Origin: the human T2T-CHM13v2.0 reference genome, Homo sapiens
DNA: 64,000 bases
Assembly (NCBI RefSeq): GCF_009914755.1
Contig: NC_060937.1
Direction: 5' to 3' (one strand)
A model generated the notes under the pieces. That model saw only the letters and a list, made by a program, of their open reading frames with translations. It was not told where the DNA came from and ran no database searches. Positions within the stretch are counted from its first letter, which is position 1, and each line of letters begins with the position of its first letter. Shown piece by piece: positions 62,432 to 64,000 of the stretch. Both the position numbers and the translations under genes were made by a program.

Positions 62432-64000
62432 TGTCAGTCTCAAGGAATTACAGCATCTTTGTTCACAGAAGCAATATACATTCTTCTGTCCAGCACACTC
62501 ATGAAACAATGTAGGATTCACACAATAGTCCCCCATAGGAGCCTCAATCTATCTGCAGCCATTCTGCATGACAGCAGCTGTCTCTGCAGAATGACCCAAT
62601 CAACTCCGTGCCCAACTGTCAAGTAAGAAACTGGCTGAGCAAGAGCCAAGTATGGTCAAGAGAAAAATCTGTATGGGGAAAAAAGCACTACTAAGGAATG
62701 AGAGCATGGCAATATGGTGTCCCTAGAATTCAGTCCTGGTTTGGCACAGGTAACCTTCCTTACTGCAAATAACACTACTGCAGGTGATAATTAACCCAGA
62801 CTGGCTTTCTTTTACTACTTTTCTCACATCTAGTCCACCTCCCCTTCCTTCAAGACCTGGCATCTGTTTGAGAAATGTCAAGTAGTGAAATTTTAATATT
62901 AGCTCAAGGAAAACATAATTAAGGAAATACATCTGCCACAAAATTAGAGACCAAATTGCACTTTATTATTCCTTTGAGTGTGTGATACCTGTATAACTAT
63001 GCTTCTCCAGCAATATGAAGAATCGAGTGTATAACCAAACTTCACTTAATTACAGACAGCTATCAAGTTGTTGCAATTCAATTTAAAATACAGTATATTT
63101 AAAGAGAATCAAAATTACGTTAGGCATACCTAGCAAAAAAGAGTTAAGAAAAAATGCCAACACCTCAACTTTTGAGTACTTCCTAGCATTATAACACTTC
63201 ATATATATTCATTATATTCATTATATCTTATAAATATATTCACTATGTAGTATTCATTATATCATATTCATTCATTATAACACTTTGTATATATATTTGT
63301 ATATGTTCAATCACTATGTAGTAATAATATAGTAATTTCATTGCTGATTCTGTGAAACTATTCTTTATTTTATGAAAGCTGTTCCTAGGAAAAATTAGGA
63401 ATTTTTCTGTTAACATTTTTGTAGGACTCTCGAGTTCTATACATTACTTTTGTAAACTACTTTTGGACTTTCCTACAAGGGCTCACAAATGAACACTTAA
63501 GTCTGCACACGGTAATGCTACAGTTTAGTTTCAAAAGCTTTGCCATCTTTGTATACAATGCTGGCTTTGCATAATTATTTACAGTTTTATTGAATTTTGA
63601 CCTGATTTTATTAAATAATAGTGAGTTAATATTAAGCTGTTAATAGCAATAAGCAGATATTATGTAAATTTAACAAAATAACACAAGATGGAAATCAATA
63701 TGCGTGCAGGAAGATGTGAGGCTTTTAACAACAACTGGACACTGAGTAGACATAAGTTGGTTGACTGTCATGTTCAGATGTGATGAAGAAAGAAATTAAA
63801 GAATGTCTATGATGAATTGAGAACATATCATCTAAGATCAGACAGTTTATAATTTTAAAAATCTCTGGGAATGGGATAAACATTGATCAACTCATAGCCT
63901 CTTGCAGGCCAGCACTGTCTGAATGCAGGGGATGGCCTTTGCGCCTCATCTGTCACTGTCACCATCGCTGGGAGCCCTTTCTCTTAACCTGAGGTATATC

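Noticed and set aside
63185-63330. AT-rich degenerate repeats (CATTATAACACTT x2, TCACTATGTAGTA x2)
   Set aside because: Low-complexity slippage; no regular repeat-spacer structure
58039-64000. RCBTB2 upstream coding exon and promoter
   Set aside because: No N-terminal exon or CpG island found; presumably beyond the window end

Overview
Human genomic DNA (13q14, identified from the gene content). The left half holds the 3' end of the tumour suppressor RB1 on the + strand: exons 20-27, stop at 22361-22363, main poly(A) signal at 24157. The right half holds eleven coding exons of the convergent gene RCBTB2 on the - strand (RCC1 repeats plus BTB domain), with its stop at 32400-32402. The upstream RCBTB2 exons lie beyond the window. 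All exons have GT-AG junctions, stay in frame when spliced, and match the canonical proteins as I recall them. The most striking element is a ~6.05 kb full-length, human-specific (pre-Ta) LINE-1 in RB1 intron 23. It has a 16-bp target-site duplication (TSD), intact ORF1 and ORF0, a frameshifted and nonsense-mutated ORF2, and 13 non-L1 bases at its 5' junction. The rest is Alu, old L1, L2, MIR, LTR and DNA-transposon remnants plus microsatellites. Repeat family names and boundaries come from recalled consensus sequences and are approximate. I found no convincing novel gene system. The best leads are L1 effects on RB1 transcription, a CpG-retaining L2 remnant, an ultra-short retro-insertion, and an interleaved inverted-repeat structure.
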